Positions 1-9,680 of a DNA stretch of 32,000 nucleotides are shown piece by piece. The DNA is from Methanothermobacter thermautotrophicus str. Delta H. GTDB taxonomy: Archaea; Methanobacteriota; Methanobacteria; Methanobacteriales; Methanothermobacteraceae. The translations under genes and the position numbers were made by a program. Numbering within the stretch: position 1 is the first letter of the stretch; the number at the start of each line of letters is the position of its first letter. The notes below the pieces were generated by a model. It did no database searches. It was not told the DNA's origin and saw only the letters and a program-made list of their open reading frames with translations. The stretch covers positions 60,001 to 92,000 of the forward strand of contig NC_000916.1 in assembly GCF_000008645.1 (NCBI RefSeq), written 5' to 3'.

Positions 1-524
1 TTCTATGTTTCCCATGGTGGGGTCTGCTAGTTTAACGGTTTCATTGTTGACTTCCCTGATGAGGGTGTAGTGTCCCACACCATCACTCATTGTATATGCG
101 ATCATGTTCTCGTGGAGTTCTGTGATGTTCAGTTTCATGCCTGTCATGTTAACGCCCTTGGCCTTTGCCGCCTCCAGGAGGCCCTGCATTGTTGTACCCT
201 CTTCTGTGGTGCCGGCGAGGTCTGCGAGTTCATCCTCGGTTGTGTTTATTCCAAGGTTTGGAGTAGTGTGGCGAGTGCTGCCGGTCCGCAGGTGTAGTTC
301 CTGGTCTGCAGGACCACGCCGGTGTTATCTGCTGTGATGTTATCGTCTATAGTGAACTCTGCTGGATCCGTGAAGTTCTCTTCCAAGTTATCTGCTGTGG
401 ATAAGTCCATGGGATTCGTGGAGTTACTGCTGTTATCCCGTGGGGTTTGTGCGGCCGCAGCAGCGTTAAAAGATACTGCGAGTGTTAAGAGGATCAGCAA
501 ACCCAAAAGACACGACTTTCTCAT
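1..524 (-). CDS. Secreted C39-like cysteine peptidase domain protein, 3' end outside window, interrupted by an apparent 1-nt deletion near 251-252
   Basis: ORF 246..524(-) has a signal peptide (MRKSCLLGLLILLTLAVSFNAAAAA) and NYTCGPAALATLLQTL, a catalytic-Cys C39 motif. Restoring one base gives TLGINTTEDELADLAGTTEEGTTMQGLLEAAKAKGVNMTGMKLNITELHENMIAYTMSDGVGHYTLIREVNNETVKLADPTMGNIE, including the downstream H and D/P motif of C39-like peptidases. Confidence 0.75.
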
Positions 525-1182
525 CCACTATTCACCACATATCAGGTTGATAATAAATCTATAAGAAAAACTCATATATATATTACGGTGCTATGTTAAT
601 GTATTAATCACATAAAAGGAGGCCTTTAAACATCACTCAGCTCGCCTCCGAGGTAATAGTAGCAAATAAGGAAAGATGGAGGGGGAAACAGGAGATTTCA
701 ATGAATTATTGGATGCTTAACACTATTAAAGAATCCATTTGCATGATGCTGTATTTAAGTTGGTATGACCTCCAAAATCAGATATGCCCATTACAAGTGT
801 GGTGACGATTGGCTGCTTTAGCGTTCTTCACGATATTGATGGAGGTTGCCATGAAAAATGGATATGATAGTCAGTACACACACCGAAATGTCGAGTAACC
901 AGGATCTCACCTCCAGGACACCATCCAGTATTGTTCTCATCATTATGAAGATGACGGCTATAATGCCTGGGGATATTTCAAGTTTATGGGATGATTCATA
1001 GAATTACATATACTGCAGCAATTATGCAAGAGTAGCCATAAATATGGTGAATGATTGGGGCTTCTTATTTTTCATTGTCATCATCTTTAGTAGAGTTGAG
1101 GATTATTTTCCCCAGTATCCATCATATATCTCTGATACCTTTTTTATGAGGTAAGAACCTGTGAGCAGGCCTCCTGCAGTGT

Positions 1183-1362
1183 TTAAATGTCATTCCTGCC
1201 TTTAAGAGTGTTATACAAGGTTCCGATGCCACTGATAATCTCCATGCAACCCTCTCTGATTTTGCCACAGTCTGGTTTGGGATTTCTGTCTACTTTATAT
1301 GTGCTTCCATCCATGCACGTATATGGGGTATCCTTTCCCGTCCAATTTATATGTGACTTCAT
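1183..1362 (-). CDS. Possible small Cys-containing protein (59 aa), unannotated candidate
   Basis: Manual translation: MKSHINWTGKDTPYTCMDGSTYKVDRNPKPDCGKIREGCMEIISGIGTLYNTLKGRNDI*. It is below the ORF-track cutoff and could be a gene remnant. Confidence 0.25.
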   Translation of the reverse strand: MKSHINWTGKDTPYTCMDGSTYKVDRNPKPDCGKIREGCMEIISGIGTLYNTLKGRNDI

Positions 1363-1442
1363 ACTTGTAGAATGTTATTACTCTATTTCCATGTCGTTCG
1401 CTCTATTTTCTGATAAGGCGTTTTTTGATTATCTTGTAGCCT

Positions 1443-1754
1443 TTACCTCGATATCTTTTTGATACAGAAATAGTCAGACACATCACTTTCAGATAATATG
1501 TGCTCCTTCCATACCTCACACCCACTGCAGAGGCACTCTTCATGTGGATCTATATCCCTGCAAATGGCCCTTCCTGTGGAACAGTAGACCCCTGGAACCC
1601 TGTCTGTGTCCATGCGCATGGCGCTGTCAAGGTCCTGCTGGGTTATGAGTAGCATTATCTTCTTCTTATCCCTCACGCACCGACTTTCCCTCTGGACGGG
1701 ACACTCAAGACAGAGGCACCTTCTGATGTTCTCCATGCTGAAGTCAACCTGCAT
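1443..1754 (-). CDS. Small Cys-rich protein resembling the DUF2769 family
   Basis: 103 aa with CLCLECPVQRESRC ... VYCSTGRAIC ... ECLCSGCEVWKEHILSESDVSDYFC. The cysteine spacing fits my recollection of DUF2769. Confidence 0.65.
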   Translation of the reverse strand: MQVDFSMENIRRCLCLECPVQRESRCVRDKKKIMLLITQQDLDSAMRMDTDRVPGVYCSTGRAICRDIDPHEECLCSGCEVWKEHILSESDVSDYFCIKKISR

Positions 1755-1985
1755 GTCATCACCACAGTGGATATATGTACCTGCAGGTACTTCACATTTG
1801 CCACATGAACAGAAAAATTTTAATTAATAATCATTATAAATTGAAGTTTTTTTAGAAAATAGCTGCTATTTAAAGCTTTTGTCTTGTAACATTTAGAAAC
1901 TGATATTAATGTAGATGACCTATTTAATATTGGTGGAATCTGTGTACCCTTCTAAGGGCAGGGCAGTTCTACCGAAGGTGATCTA

Positions 1986-3485
1986 ATGGCTGAGTTGTAC
2001 GAAAAAATGGTAAAAGAGGCCATGATGGCCCAGAAAGCCGATGTGGAGACCATAAAAAAGAACAGGGGAAAAGAGTTTAAAATAAGGGATACGAAGGCCT
2101 ACCTGGACGTTGTGCAGGAAATGAAGGCTGCAGGAGACCAGAGCGAGGCGGTGATAAACCTGCACAAAAACTCAGTGAAGGCCCACTATGAGATACTTGA
2201 CAGCCTGACAGACACCATAAGACCAGAGGACGACCCATTCGTGGAACACTACCAGACACCTGTGGTCCTTGAAATACTCCGGGATGAGGACAGCGAATTT
2301 GAAAAGAGCCTCCAGGCATTCATAGATGCCATAGAAAAGTCTGAGGCACTTATAGGAAAAGAGGCAATAAGAAGGTACGGTGGATTCTACGGCCCAACAT
2401 GTGTGGTTGACTTCGCCCTCATGCCGGGCAGCACGAGCAACGTGGTGAACAGGATTCTCAGGGAGACCGACATCCCCGAGATGCACAAACAGGCAATACT
2501 ATCAGAAAAATCATGGGGTATGAACACCTCATATGGTATCGGGGAGGTATTTGCAAACGAACTTGAGAGGGGGGCAACCGCCGCAGAGGCAGCCCGGAAG
2601 GAAATCGAAATGGTGAAATACATCTATGAGGAGCCAGTGGAGGCCCAGGCAAAACTCATGGACGACCATGGTCATGAATCATTCGATGTAAGGGAGTACA
2701 TGTCCCGCTACAGGAAGGAGATGGAGGCAACCGTCAGGGCAGCCATGGATGACGGGGTACACTACGGTAACATACTCACTGTACCAGCATACTGTGTTGG
2801 TGACATATCACACCACATAGCCCAGTCCACCTACAACATGTGCAAGGACGACGTTGTCATGGCCATAATAGAGGCAACCACCGAGGTCATGGACAGCACA
2901 CTCAACAGCGCAGTATCATCATTCAAGAGTGAATACGATGTCCTTAGCCTTGCAACAGGGTCATCTGCATGTGCTGTTGAGTACATACTAGAACTTGACG
3001 GCTTCAATGCAATAGGTGTTGTCGACCTCCTCACAAAGAGGTTCCACAACTATGTCCAGCTATACCCCACAAGGGGAGCTGCAGCTGAACTGCACAACAG
3101 CGACTTCATGGACATGATATACCGTGGATGGACACACATAGATAAGGCAAGGAGGATGCTGAACGGAAAAGAGGGGCCACTTGAACCCATGGTCGGCGAC
3201 TACAAGGTTGATCTCTCACCTATACACGAAAATGAAGTCATAATGAACCCACAGCGCTACACATACCCGGCATGTGCAATAACAGTGAGGTTCTCAGCCC
3301 TCATGAGACTTGCTGACTACCCATGCCTCCTTACAAGTGAACCGGTCACCGCAACACTCATGACCAACATAATCGCACTCCACAAGGAGAGCGCTGCATC
3401 ACCTGCAAGGACATGTAAGAACTGCGCAGCAGCAGCCCTAATTGACTTCAGGCACAACCACTGTCAGTGGAGAGAAGCTGTATAG
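1986..3485 (+). CDS. Conserved methanogen protein of unknown function (possibly DUF2193), 499 aa
   Basis: Long uninterrupted ORF with a C-terminal Cys cluster (ARTCKNCAAAALIDFRHNHC). The family name is from memory. Confidence 0.8.
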   Translation: MAELYEKMVKEAMMAQKADVETIKKNRGKEFKIRDTKAYLDVVQEMKAAGDQSEAVINLHKNSVKAHYEILDSLTDTIRPEDDPFVEHYQTPVVLEILRDEDSEFEKSLQAFIDAIEKSEALIGKEAIRRYGGFYGPTCVVDFALMPGSTSNVVNRILRETDIPEMHKQAILSEKSWGMNTSYGIGEVFANELERGATAAEAARKEIEMVKYIYEEPVEAQAKLMDDHGHESFDVREYMSRYRKEMEATVRAAMDDGVHYGNILTVPAYCVGDISHHIAQSTYNMCKDDVVMAIIEATTEVMDSTLNSAVSSFKSEYDVLSLATGSSACAVEYILELDGFNAIGVVDLLTKRFHNYVQLYPTRGAAAELHNSDFMDMIYRGWTHIDKARRMLNGKEGPLEPMVGDYKVDLSPIHENEVIMNPQRYTYPACAITVRFSALMRLADYPCLLTSEPVTATLMTNIIALHKESAASPARTCKNCAAAALIDFRHNHCQWREAV

Positions 3486-3517
3486 CTTCACCCACCCATC
3501 CATTTTTTGGTGATTGT

Positions 3518-3727
3518 ATGAAATGTTATGTCTGCGCCGAACAGGGCAAGGACACCGATGCGGTTGCAATATGTATAGTCTGCGGAATGGGGCTCTGCAC
3601 CGAGCACGCCATAAGGGAGGAAACCGAGATCTGGAGCGGAGGCTACCCCTTCCCGGCAGAGAAGGTTAAGGGTACACTGCCCAGGATACTCTGCCCCTAC
3701 TGCTACAACGTCATGAAGGAGGATTGA
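3518..3727 (+). CDS. Small zinc-ribbon-like protein (DUF2180-like)
   Basis: MKCYVCAEQGKDTDAVAICIVCGMGLCTEHAIREETEIW...RILCPYCYNVMKED. I prefer the internal ATG at 3518 over the ORF-track start at 3467, which overlaps the upstream gene. Confidence 0.8.
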   Translation: MKCYVCAEQGKDTDAVAICIVCGMGLCTEHAIREETEIWSGGYPFPAEKVKGTLPRILCPYCYNVMKED

Positions 3728-3728
3728 G

Positions 3729-4469
3729 ATGGTATCCCTTACAAAGAGGTGTATCGCTGAGTTTATAGGCACATTCTTTCTGGTGTTCTTCGGTGCCGGG
3801 GCAGCCGCCATAACCCTGATGATAGCATCTGGGGGCACAGCTCCAAACCCATTTAACATAGGCATAGGTCTCCTGGGTGGCCTTGGTGACTGGGTTGCCA
3901 TAGGTCTCGCATTCGGTTTTGCAATAGCTGCAAGCATATACGCACTGGGAAACATTTCCGGGTGCCATATAAACCCCGCTGTGACCATAGGGCTCTGGTC
4001 TGTTAAGAAGTTCCCGGGGCGCGACGTTGTACCCTATATCATTGCACAGCTCCTGGGAGCCGCCTTCGCAAGCTTCATATTCCTCCAGTGTGCGGGTATA
4101 ACTGCAGCCACCATAGGTGGACTGGGGGCCACAGCACCCTTCCCGGGAATCGGCTACTGGCAGGCCATGCTTGCAGAGACCGTGGGAACATTCCTCCTCA
4201 TGATCACAATCATGGGCATAGCCGTGGACGAGAGGGCCCCGAAGGGCTTCGCAGGGATCATAATCGGCCTCACAGTTGCAGGTATAATCACAACCATAGG
4301 TAACATAACTGGAAGCTCACTTAACCCGGCACGTACCTTCGGCCCATACCTCAATGATATGGTCTTCGCTGGCACCAACCTCTGGAACTACTTCCCCATC
4401 TACGTCATAGGACCGGTTGTGGGAGCTGTCCTTGCAGCCCTCACCTACCAGTACCTCACATCAGAATAA
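3729..4469 (+). CDS. aqpM: Aquaporin AqpM (MIP family)
   Basis: Both NPA motifs are present (SGCHINPAVTIG and GSSLNPARTFGP). The sequence is near-identical to my recollection of the M. marburgensis AqpM. Confidence 0.97.
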   Translation: MVSLTKRCIAEFIGTFFLVFFGAGAAAITLMIASGGTAPNPFNIGIGLLGGLGDWVAIGLAFGFAIAASIYALGNISGCHINPAVTIGLWSVKKFPGRDVVPYIIAQLLGAAFASFIFLQCAGITAATIGGLGATAPFPGIGYWQAMLAETVGTFLLMITIMGIAVDERAPKGFAGIIIGLTVAGIITTIGNITGSSLNPARTFGPYLNDMVFAGTNLWNYFPIYVIGPVVGAVLAALTYQYLTSE

Positions 4470-4520
4470 TCCCCATTAATTTATTTTTTTTGAGTCAGTA
4501 ACACCGGATAGTCCTTTCTT

Positions 4521-5900
4521 TTAAATGTTCCTCTTCATTGTCTCAAGCTGTTCCTTTCTTCCCTTGAGACCGGTTGATAGCAGGAAGAGTGTGAATGCAA
4601 CTGCAACAAGGAAGAGGAATGAGAACCTGTAACCCATTACTCCACTACCCATGGACGCTACAATGCCACCGATGAGTGCACCTCCAACAAGCTGCCCTGC
4701 ACTTGATAATATGTTTATCAGGGCCTGTCCAGATGCCCTGTGTTCGGGGGGAGTTTCAGATAGCATTATGTACCTGAGGGGTGCCCCTATGACGGTTATG
4801 AGTCCGAGGGCCATGAGCACCTCAGCAAGTATGAAGAGAGGGGTGGTTGATGAGAGGAGGGCCATGATGGTACACCCAACCATCAGGATAAGGCTCCCTG
4901 AGATCATCACTACCCTTGAACCAACCCTGTCCAGCAGAACACCCACAATGGGGGCCGAGAGGGCCATGGTGGTGACGAAGGGGAGGAGGCTGAAACTGGC
5001 CATGGACTCTGACAGTGAAAGGGCGAGGAGGGCGTAGCTGGGTATGAATACGATTGCAGCCTGGGATAGGCCATTACCAGCAGAGATTGCGGTTGCAATG
5101 CGGACCTCACGGCTGGCCAGCAGGTCAACCTGCACCACGGGATCGGGTGCAGCCCTTTCAACCCTCCAGAGTATGGGTGTGAGTGCCGCTGCCAGGATGA
5201 GAGGTACCACTACGATGGGCCTCATCAAACTCCCTGTGAGGTCAGTGGTATCGATCTGGTTTATCCCGACTGCAAGGGAGGCCACAATGATGGCAAGAAG
5301 AAGGGTCCCTCTGGCATCAAATTCACCATCGTCCGTTTTGCCTGTAACTGGCAGTATAAGGAATCCCCCGACAACTATCGTGGCCGCAATTGGGATGTTG
5401 ATGAGGAAGAGCCACTGCCAGCCATAGGGGAGTATGAAACCCGCCAGGATAGGTCCGGCTATTGATGAGAAACCAAATACGGATCCTATGATACCGAGGG
5501 CTTTCCCACGGCTTTCGGGGGGAAATGTGTCCCCTATGAATGCACTTGCAACAGGGAATATCCCCCCTGCACCGAAGCCCTGTATGGATCTTCCGAGGAT
5601 TAGGAGGGGATATGATGGTGAGATGGCAGTTATGACCGACCCCAAAGCAAAGAGGATGATGTCAAGTATGTAGATGTCCCTGCGCCCGTACCTGTCGGAG
5701 AGCTTCGCCATGAGGGGAGTCCCGACCATGAAGAAGAGTATATAGGATATGAATGTCCAGGATGCAAGCCGGGGATCCACCTTGAAGTAGCCCTCTATGG
5801 CTGGAAGTGCGGGGCCAATGATTCCTATGTCGAGGGCCCCCATGAATACTCCAACAAAGAGCAGAAGCAGTATCCGGTTCCTTTTTTCTGTCTCAATCAT
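4521..5900 (-). CDS. MFS multidrug efflux-type transporter (DHA family)
   Basis: 459 aa with multiple TM segments, motif A (GTPLMAKLSDRYGRR) and motif C-like GFSSIAGPILAGFI. Confidence 0.92.
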   Translation of the reverse strand: MIETEKRNRILLLLFVGVFMGALDIGIIGPALPAIEGYFKVDPRLASWTFISYILFFMVGTPLMAKLSDRYGRRDIYILDIILFALGSVITAISPSYPLLILGRSIQGFGAGGIFPVASAFIGDTFPPESRGKALGIIGSVFGFSSIAGPILAGFILPYGWQWLFLINIPIAATIVVGGFLILPVTGKTDDGEFDARGTLLLAIIVASLAVGINQIDTTDLTGSLMRPIVVVPLILAAALTPILWRVERAAPDPVVQVDLLASREVRIATAISAGNGLSQAAIVFIPSYALLALSLSESMASFSLLPFVTTMALSAPIVGVLLDRVGSRVVMISGSLILMVGCTIMALLSSTTPLFILAEVLMALGLITVIGAPLRYIMLSETPPEHRASGQALINILSSAGQLVGGALIGGIVASMGSGVMGYRFSFLFLVAVAFTLFLLSTGLKGRKEQLETMKRNI

Positions 5901-6075
5901 ATGATTAACTCTGAAGGCATCCTGTTATAAAGGTATGTTCTGACTTTAAAGAGCTGCTGATTGAAGGAATGTTATGGAGTTTTTTCAAAAACTGAAGAAA
6001 AAATGGAGGGCTTTTATTTTGCTATTAGGATGTATAATTCTAAAAAACTAAAAAAATGGATGAGGGTTTATTTGG

Positions 6076-7944
6076 TCACTGGTTTATGAGTTTCAGCCCG
6101 GTTATAGCTGCGGTGTTGGTGTCCAGGGCCCTGAGGTCCTCTGGACTGAATTTACGTATATCGTCGTGTCCTGCAAGCTGGGCCAGCATCTTGGCCTCCT
6201 CGGTCATGGATTTTATGTAATTGGCAACCCTTCTTGCTGCAAGGTCCACGTCCATCCTCTCCCTCAGGACAGGGTCCTGCGTGGCGACACCAACAGGGCA
6301 CTTACCTGTGTAGCACATGCGACAGGCACGGCATCCCATTGCAATCATTGCACCGGTACCTATGTAAACCGCGTCGGCTCCCATGGCCATGGCCTTGGCA
6401 ACATCGGCACCGCTGCGGATACCCCCTGTTATTATGAGGTCAACCTCGTCCTTCAGCCCTATATCATTGAGACCATTAACTGCCTGCACGAGGGCTGCGA
6501 GGGTTGGCACACCGGTATGTTCTATCACAACCTCTGGGGCTGCCCCGGTTCCGCCCTCCATTCCATCCACTGAGATAACGTCGGCACCGGCCTCCGCTGC
6601 GATCTGCACATCCTCATAGACACGTCCGGGTCCCAGTTTAACGACTATGGGCACCCTCCAGTCGGTGACCTCCCTGAGCAGTTCTATGTGCTTTGCAAGG
6701 TCACCCTCCCTTGTGGCGTCTAGGAAACGGGCAGGGCTGAGGGCGTCAGTACCTTCGGGTATCCCACGGATCTTCGCAACCTCCGGGCTCACCTTCTCTG
6801 CCAGCAGGTGTCCACCCATACCTGGCTTTGCCCCCTGACCTATCTTGACCTCGATTGCATCGGCCACGTTGAGGTAATCTGAGGATACACCGAATCTTCC
6901 ACTTGAGTACTGTACCATGAGGTTATCTGCGAGTTCCCTCTCCTCAGGGAGCATTCCTCCCTCACCGGTGTTGGCGCAGGATCCCACCATGGATGACCCC
7001 TTGGCCATTGCGAGTTTGCTCTCCTTGCTGAGGGCACCGAAGGACATACCTGCAATGAGTACGGGGGTCTGGAGTACCAGTGGTTCCTCTGCAAATCTGT
7101 CACCAAGGACTACGCTGGTGTTGCAGGGCTCCCTGTACTTGTCAACTGGTGGAATTGATGCCTGGGCAGGGAGTATGATTATATCATCAAAGTTTGGCAG
7201 CCTCCTCTCTGTACCGAATCCCCTGAGGACGTACTTACCAGCCTTTGAGGTGTACCTTATATCTGCGATTGTCCTGGGGTCCCATATGCTGCCTGCACCG
7301 GTTGGTATGAGGACCGGGCATGCTGCAAGGCATGAACCGCACATTATGCACTTTGTCTTATCTATCTCGGCATGGTCCTCCACTATCTTTATGGCATCTG
7401 TTGGGCAGACGATTTCACAGGTGCCGCAGAATACGCAGAGCCCCTGGGTTGCTGCTGCAAGGTCTGATGAGGGGGATGATGGTGTTATTGATCCTGTACT
7501 GGGAGTTTTGATCTCAAAGCCCCTCTGGATGTCATTAACGTATTCCATAACGTCCAGGGCCTCAAGACAGCCCTGTTCACAGGCAGCCACACAGGCGGGT
7601 GTGTCTCCGGGCTTTTCAATGCACTGCTGGTCACACTTTACCATACCCTCATCGGTGTAGGTTATGGCACCGATGGGGCACATGAGCATGCAGAGCTTGC
7701 AGCCGACACAGGATTCCTGATCTATTTTAACTGCACCGTTTTCCCTTCTAATGGCGTCCCTGAAGCAGCCCCTTGCACAGGATGGGTCCACGCACTGCTG
7801 ACAGACTATGGCATGGTAACCGGTGTCCATCTTGTTGAGGAAAATCGCACTCCTTCCAAGGACAGATTCACATGCCTCAAGGCACTTGTTACAGCCATCA
7901 CATTTTTCAGGTTCTGTTAAGAGTATCTGCACCATATGGATCAC
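6076..7944 (-). CDS. Archaeal-type glutamate synthase FMN-binding domain protein with N-terminal polyferredoxin modules
   Basis: N-terminal Cys clusters (CDGCNKCLEAC, CVGCKLCMLMCPIGAITY, CVFCGTCEIVCPTDAI, CIMCGSCLAACPV), then a GltS core (PEVAKIRGIPEGTDALSPARF, DVISVDGMEGGTGAAPEV, CRMCYTGKCPVGVATQDP). Confidence 0.92.
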   Translation of the reverse strand: MIHMVQILLTEPEKCDGCNKCLEACESVLGRSAIFLNKMDTGYHAIVCQQCVDPSCARGCFRDAIRRENGAVKIDQESCVGCKLCMLMCPIGAITYTDEGMVKCDQQCIEKPGDTPACVAACEQGCLEALDVMEYVNDIQRGFEIKTPSTGSITPSSPSSDLAAATQGLCVFCGTCEIVCPTDAIKIVEDHAEIDKTKCIMCGSCLAACPVLIPTGAGSIWDPRTIADIRYTSKAGKYVLRGFGTERRLPNFDDIIILPAQASIPPVDKYREPCNTSVVLGDRFAEEPLVLQTPVLIAGMSFGALSKESKLAMAKGSSMVGSCANTGEGGMLPEERELADNLMVQYSSGRFGVSSDYLNVADAIEVKIGQGAKPGMGGHLLAEKVSPEVAKIRGIPEGTDALSPARFLDATREGDLAKHIELLREVTDWRVPIVVKLGPGRVYEDVQIAAEAGADVISVDGMEGGTGAAPEVVIEHTGVPTLAALVQAVNGLNDIGLKDEVDLIITGGIRSGADVAKAMAMGADAVYIGTGAMIAMGCRACRMCYTGKCPVGVATQDPVLRERMDVDLAARRVANYIKSMTEEAKMLAQLAGHDDIRKFSPEDLRALDTNTAAITGLKLINQ

Positions 7945-8613
7945 CTAACCGTAGAATGGACGTATCTCCTTTCTCTGTATTTTCTTAAACTCATCTGGAG
8001 ATGCTTCTATTGAGTAATGCTCAAAGAGGGCTGCTAGCTTCCTTATATCGGAGTCCTCCATCTCAACGATTCTGGTGTTGGTACCGCCATCGAAGTCACC
8101 TCCGACGTATATGTTGCCCCCTATTATCCAGTCACCGGTGTCCTCTCCGCTGTCCCCGGTTATTATGAGGTCACCGCTCAACATGTAGAGTCCTGCAAGG
8201 TCTCCGATGTCTCCATCTATGATTATGATGCCTCCCTTGTTAAGCTGGCCGATACCATCACCTGCATCCCCATGGACAACGATGGTACCGTTGTAGGTTC
8301 CAAAACCCACACCATCATCTGCATCCCCATGGACCACTATCTCGCCGGCTGTCATGTTGTTTCCAACGTATCTTCCGGTTTTGCCATTTATCTCTATTCT
8401 GGGGCCGTGGTTGAGGGCACCTATGAAGTCACCGAATTTACCATTCAGGATAAATTCAGCTTCCTCCCTGATTCCAACAACAATGGAGTCAAGTTCGGCG
8501 TTGCTTTCTATTTCGAAGCGCCTGATTTCATTGTTCAGCCCGTCCTTTATCTTCCTGTTGATGTCCCTTGTTGTGAGGTCATCACCCGCAATTTTCATTT
8601 CCTGAACAGTCAT
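7945..8613 (-). CDS. Glutamate synthase GXGXG (domain 3) homolog
   Basis: Beta-helix repeats such as GEIVVHGDADDGVGFGTYNGTIVVHGDAGDGIGQLNKGGIIIIDGDIGDLAGLYMLSGDLIITGDSGEDTGDWIIGG. Abuts the FMN-domain gene. Confidence 0.9.
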   Translation of the reverse strand: MTVQEMKIAGDDLTTRDINRKIKDGLNNEIRRFEIESNAELDSIVVGIREEAEFILNGKFGDFIGALNHGPRIEINGKTGRYVGNNMTAGEIVVHGDADDGVGFGTYNGTIVVHGDAGDGIGQLNKGGIIIIDGDIGDLAGLYMLSGDLIITGDSGEDTGDWIIGGNIYVGGDFDGGTNTRIVEMEDSDIRKLAALFEHYSIEASPDEFKKIQRKEIRPFYG

Positions 8614-8750
8614 CTAACATCCCCTGTTTTAACATGTTTTTTAATGAACAATTTTCCATGCTGTAATTTAAGGTTTCCCATTTCTGGAAAGACCAGGTAG
8701 ATAATTATATATTTTAAGGAGAATATTTTATCATTAAATGAGAATTGTAA

Positions 8751-9311
8751 ATGGATGATGTTATGAAGACCCTTGTGAGCAACCTGCGGGGAAGGTGCCT
8801 CTTTGATGTGGCCATGAAGACCCAGATCGATGGACTGATATCTATTCAGACAGGGGAGGTCAATGACTCCTGCCTTGAAAAATTCGTTAAGGGGGGAATA
8901 GTTAGAATTGACACCCAAGACCCCATTGAGGCGGCCAGGAGGATATCTGAAGTTATAAGGGGGGCCAGAAAGCATGGAGAGGTTTATGTGGCCTCTGATG
9001 GTGACGGACTTGGGGGCATACTTTCATTTGTTGCCCACAGGGAGGGTGTGGATGCCATCTACACATGTTTCGGAGAATCCGCGGTGAGGTTACCACCCCT
9101 TAAAATGGATATCTCTGATACCAAGCTGAGGATACTCGAGGCACTTGAGGAGGAGAGTCTCAATGCGGTTCTCCTCTCAAGGAAGGTGGGGATTTCAAGG
9201 GCAATGGTCTACAAGCACCTCTCAGCCCTGATGGATATGGGTCTCGTGAAGCAGTCCCAGATGTTTGAGAGGTACTCCATAACAGGGGCAGGTAAACTTG
9301 TGATAATCTAG
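8751..9311 (+). CDS. Winged-helix regulator with an N-terminal CARF-like/DUF6293-like domain
   Basis: C-terminal wHTH (LRILEALEEESLNAVLLSRKVGISRAMVYKHLSALMDMGLVKQS) preceded by EVYVASDGDGLGGILSFVAHREGVDAIYTCFGESAVRLPPL. Confidence 0.7.
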   Translation: MDDVMKTLVSNLRGRCLFDVAMKTQIDGLISIQTGEVNDSCLEKFVKGGIVRIDTQDPIEAARRISEVIRGARKHGEVYVASDGDGLGGILSFVAHREGVDAIYTCFGESAVRLPPLKMDISDTKLRILEALEEESLNAVLLSRKVGISRAMVYKHLSALMDMGLVKQSQMFERYSITGAGKLVII

Positions 9312-9354
9312 TCATGCTGGACTTACAATATAAAAAAACCTTAAAAAAAAGGGG

Positions 9355-9588
9355 TTATTCCATGGGGTAGCCGACCCTCAACCTGTAGGATGCCCTTTCA
9401 CTTATAAGGACAGTTCCCGGTACAAAGAAATCATCAAACTCTTCAACCTTCTTCTTCATGCACGGCTTCAACTCGTCCTTGTTTGCATAGGAAGCGCATT
9501 CGTCCCTTTCCAGAACACCCTTCCTCACAAGTTCAATGTACCTCATCTTCAGTGTTTCATCATCAAGTACGCTCATCATAATCACCAA
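9355..9588 (-). CDS. Hypothetical small charged protein
   Basis: 77 aa with two Cys, apparently terminated before the next gene. No recognised family. Confidence 0.5.
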   Translation of the reverse strand: MVIMMSVLDDETLKMRYIELVRKGVLERDECASYANKDELKPCMKKKVEEFDDFFVPGTVLISERASYRLRVGYPME

Positions 9589-9680
9589 TATCTACTATGA
9601 TGCCCCATAATATATATTTTTTGTAGCAATACCTGATTGAGGTATAAGTATTTATACTACTTTCAACTATACTATATACA

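Noticed and set aside
1187-1462. Plus-strand 91-aa ORF in the low-coding region
   Set aside because: Low-complexity hydrophobic composition and no motif. It is antisense to the alternative 1183-1362 frame.
4651-5427. Plus-strand ORFs of 127-128 aa across the MFS gene
   Set aside because: Antisense to a full-length transporter with MFS motifs.
6917-7660. 247-aa plus-strand ORF inside the glutamate-synthase-like gene
   Set aside because: Antisense shadow ORF. The minus strand has clear ferredoxin and GltS motifs.
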